This document shows, piece by piece, positions 63,804-64,000 of a stretch of 64,000 nt of DNA. The stretch comes from a virus: the IMG/VR virus record IMGVR_UViG_3300020370_000004, positions 2,562-66,561 of that record, one strand, 5' to 3'. Numbering within the stretch: the stretch's first letter is position 1; the number at the start of each line of letters is the position of its first letter. Position numbers and translations under genes: made by a program. The notes below the pieces were generated by a model, which did not search any database, was not told the DNA's origin, and worked only from the letters and a program-made list of their open reading frames with translations.

Positions 63804-64000
63804 TAGCAGAGATACCCTTTGAGATTGTCTGGTAACCCCTCTAGAGGTATCATAGTATACCTCGACTGTGGAACTAGTTCAGACATATCCTTTTCTATCT
63901 TCTGAGACATATATTTTGCTATCTTTCCCTTCTTCCACTTAGTGTATGCTTCTTTCTTACACCATAACTCATAGAACCTATGAATGTCATTCGTAGCTTC
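63800..64000 (-). CDS. C-terminal fragment of a probable 4'-phosphopantetheinyl transferase (Sfp/AcpS superfamily)
   Basis: Manual translation ...EATNDIHRFYELWCKKEAYTKWKKGKIAKY...GYLCY*, containing the FxxxWxxKEAxxK signature; start lies outside the window. Confidence 0.6.
   Translation of the reverse strand, partial: EATNDIHRFYELWCKKEAYTKWKKGKIAKYMSQKIEKDMSELVPQSRYTMIPLEGLPDNLKGYLCY

Noticed and set aside
1-64000. tRNA, rRNA, integrase, transposase, photosynthesis or bilin-synthesis genes
   Set aside because: None recognised; the window is almost fully protein-coding with very short intergenic gaps.

Overview
A 64 kb AT-rich segment of a T4-like marine cyanophage genome (Kyanoviridae-type myovirus of Prochlorococcus/Synechococcus, inferred from gene content and order). 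All credible genes are on the minus strand. In transcription order: the 3' end of a probable phosphopantetheinyl transferase, a consensus sigma70 promoter with small ORFs, a PAAR spike-tip gene, the baseplate genes gp25-gp6-gp7 (4784 aa)-gp8, a VrlC/DUF4815-like protein, several fibre genes (561, 2450 and 4202 aa), an accessory cassette (Gly-rich tip proteins, chaperone-like proteins, a U32-like/methyltransferase fusion, a 25-aa membrane peptide, a 2OG-Fe(II) oxygenase), a 1705-aa subtilase with Ig repeats, and neck genes gp13 and gp14. T4-type late promoters (TATAAATA/CTAAATA) punctuate the region. The most striking observation is six helical domains in gp7 and the 4202-aa fibre that align by eye with phycobiliprotein subunits. 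All six keep equivalents of both beta-subunit bilin-attachment cysteines and the bilin-coordinating Asp, which raises the hypothesis of a bilin-bearing, possibly light-responsive virion. These domains and a Cys/His-containing beta repeat are nested inside one another, and cupredoxin-like modules also occur in virion-region proteins. All homology calls are by eye or from memory; no searches were run.
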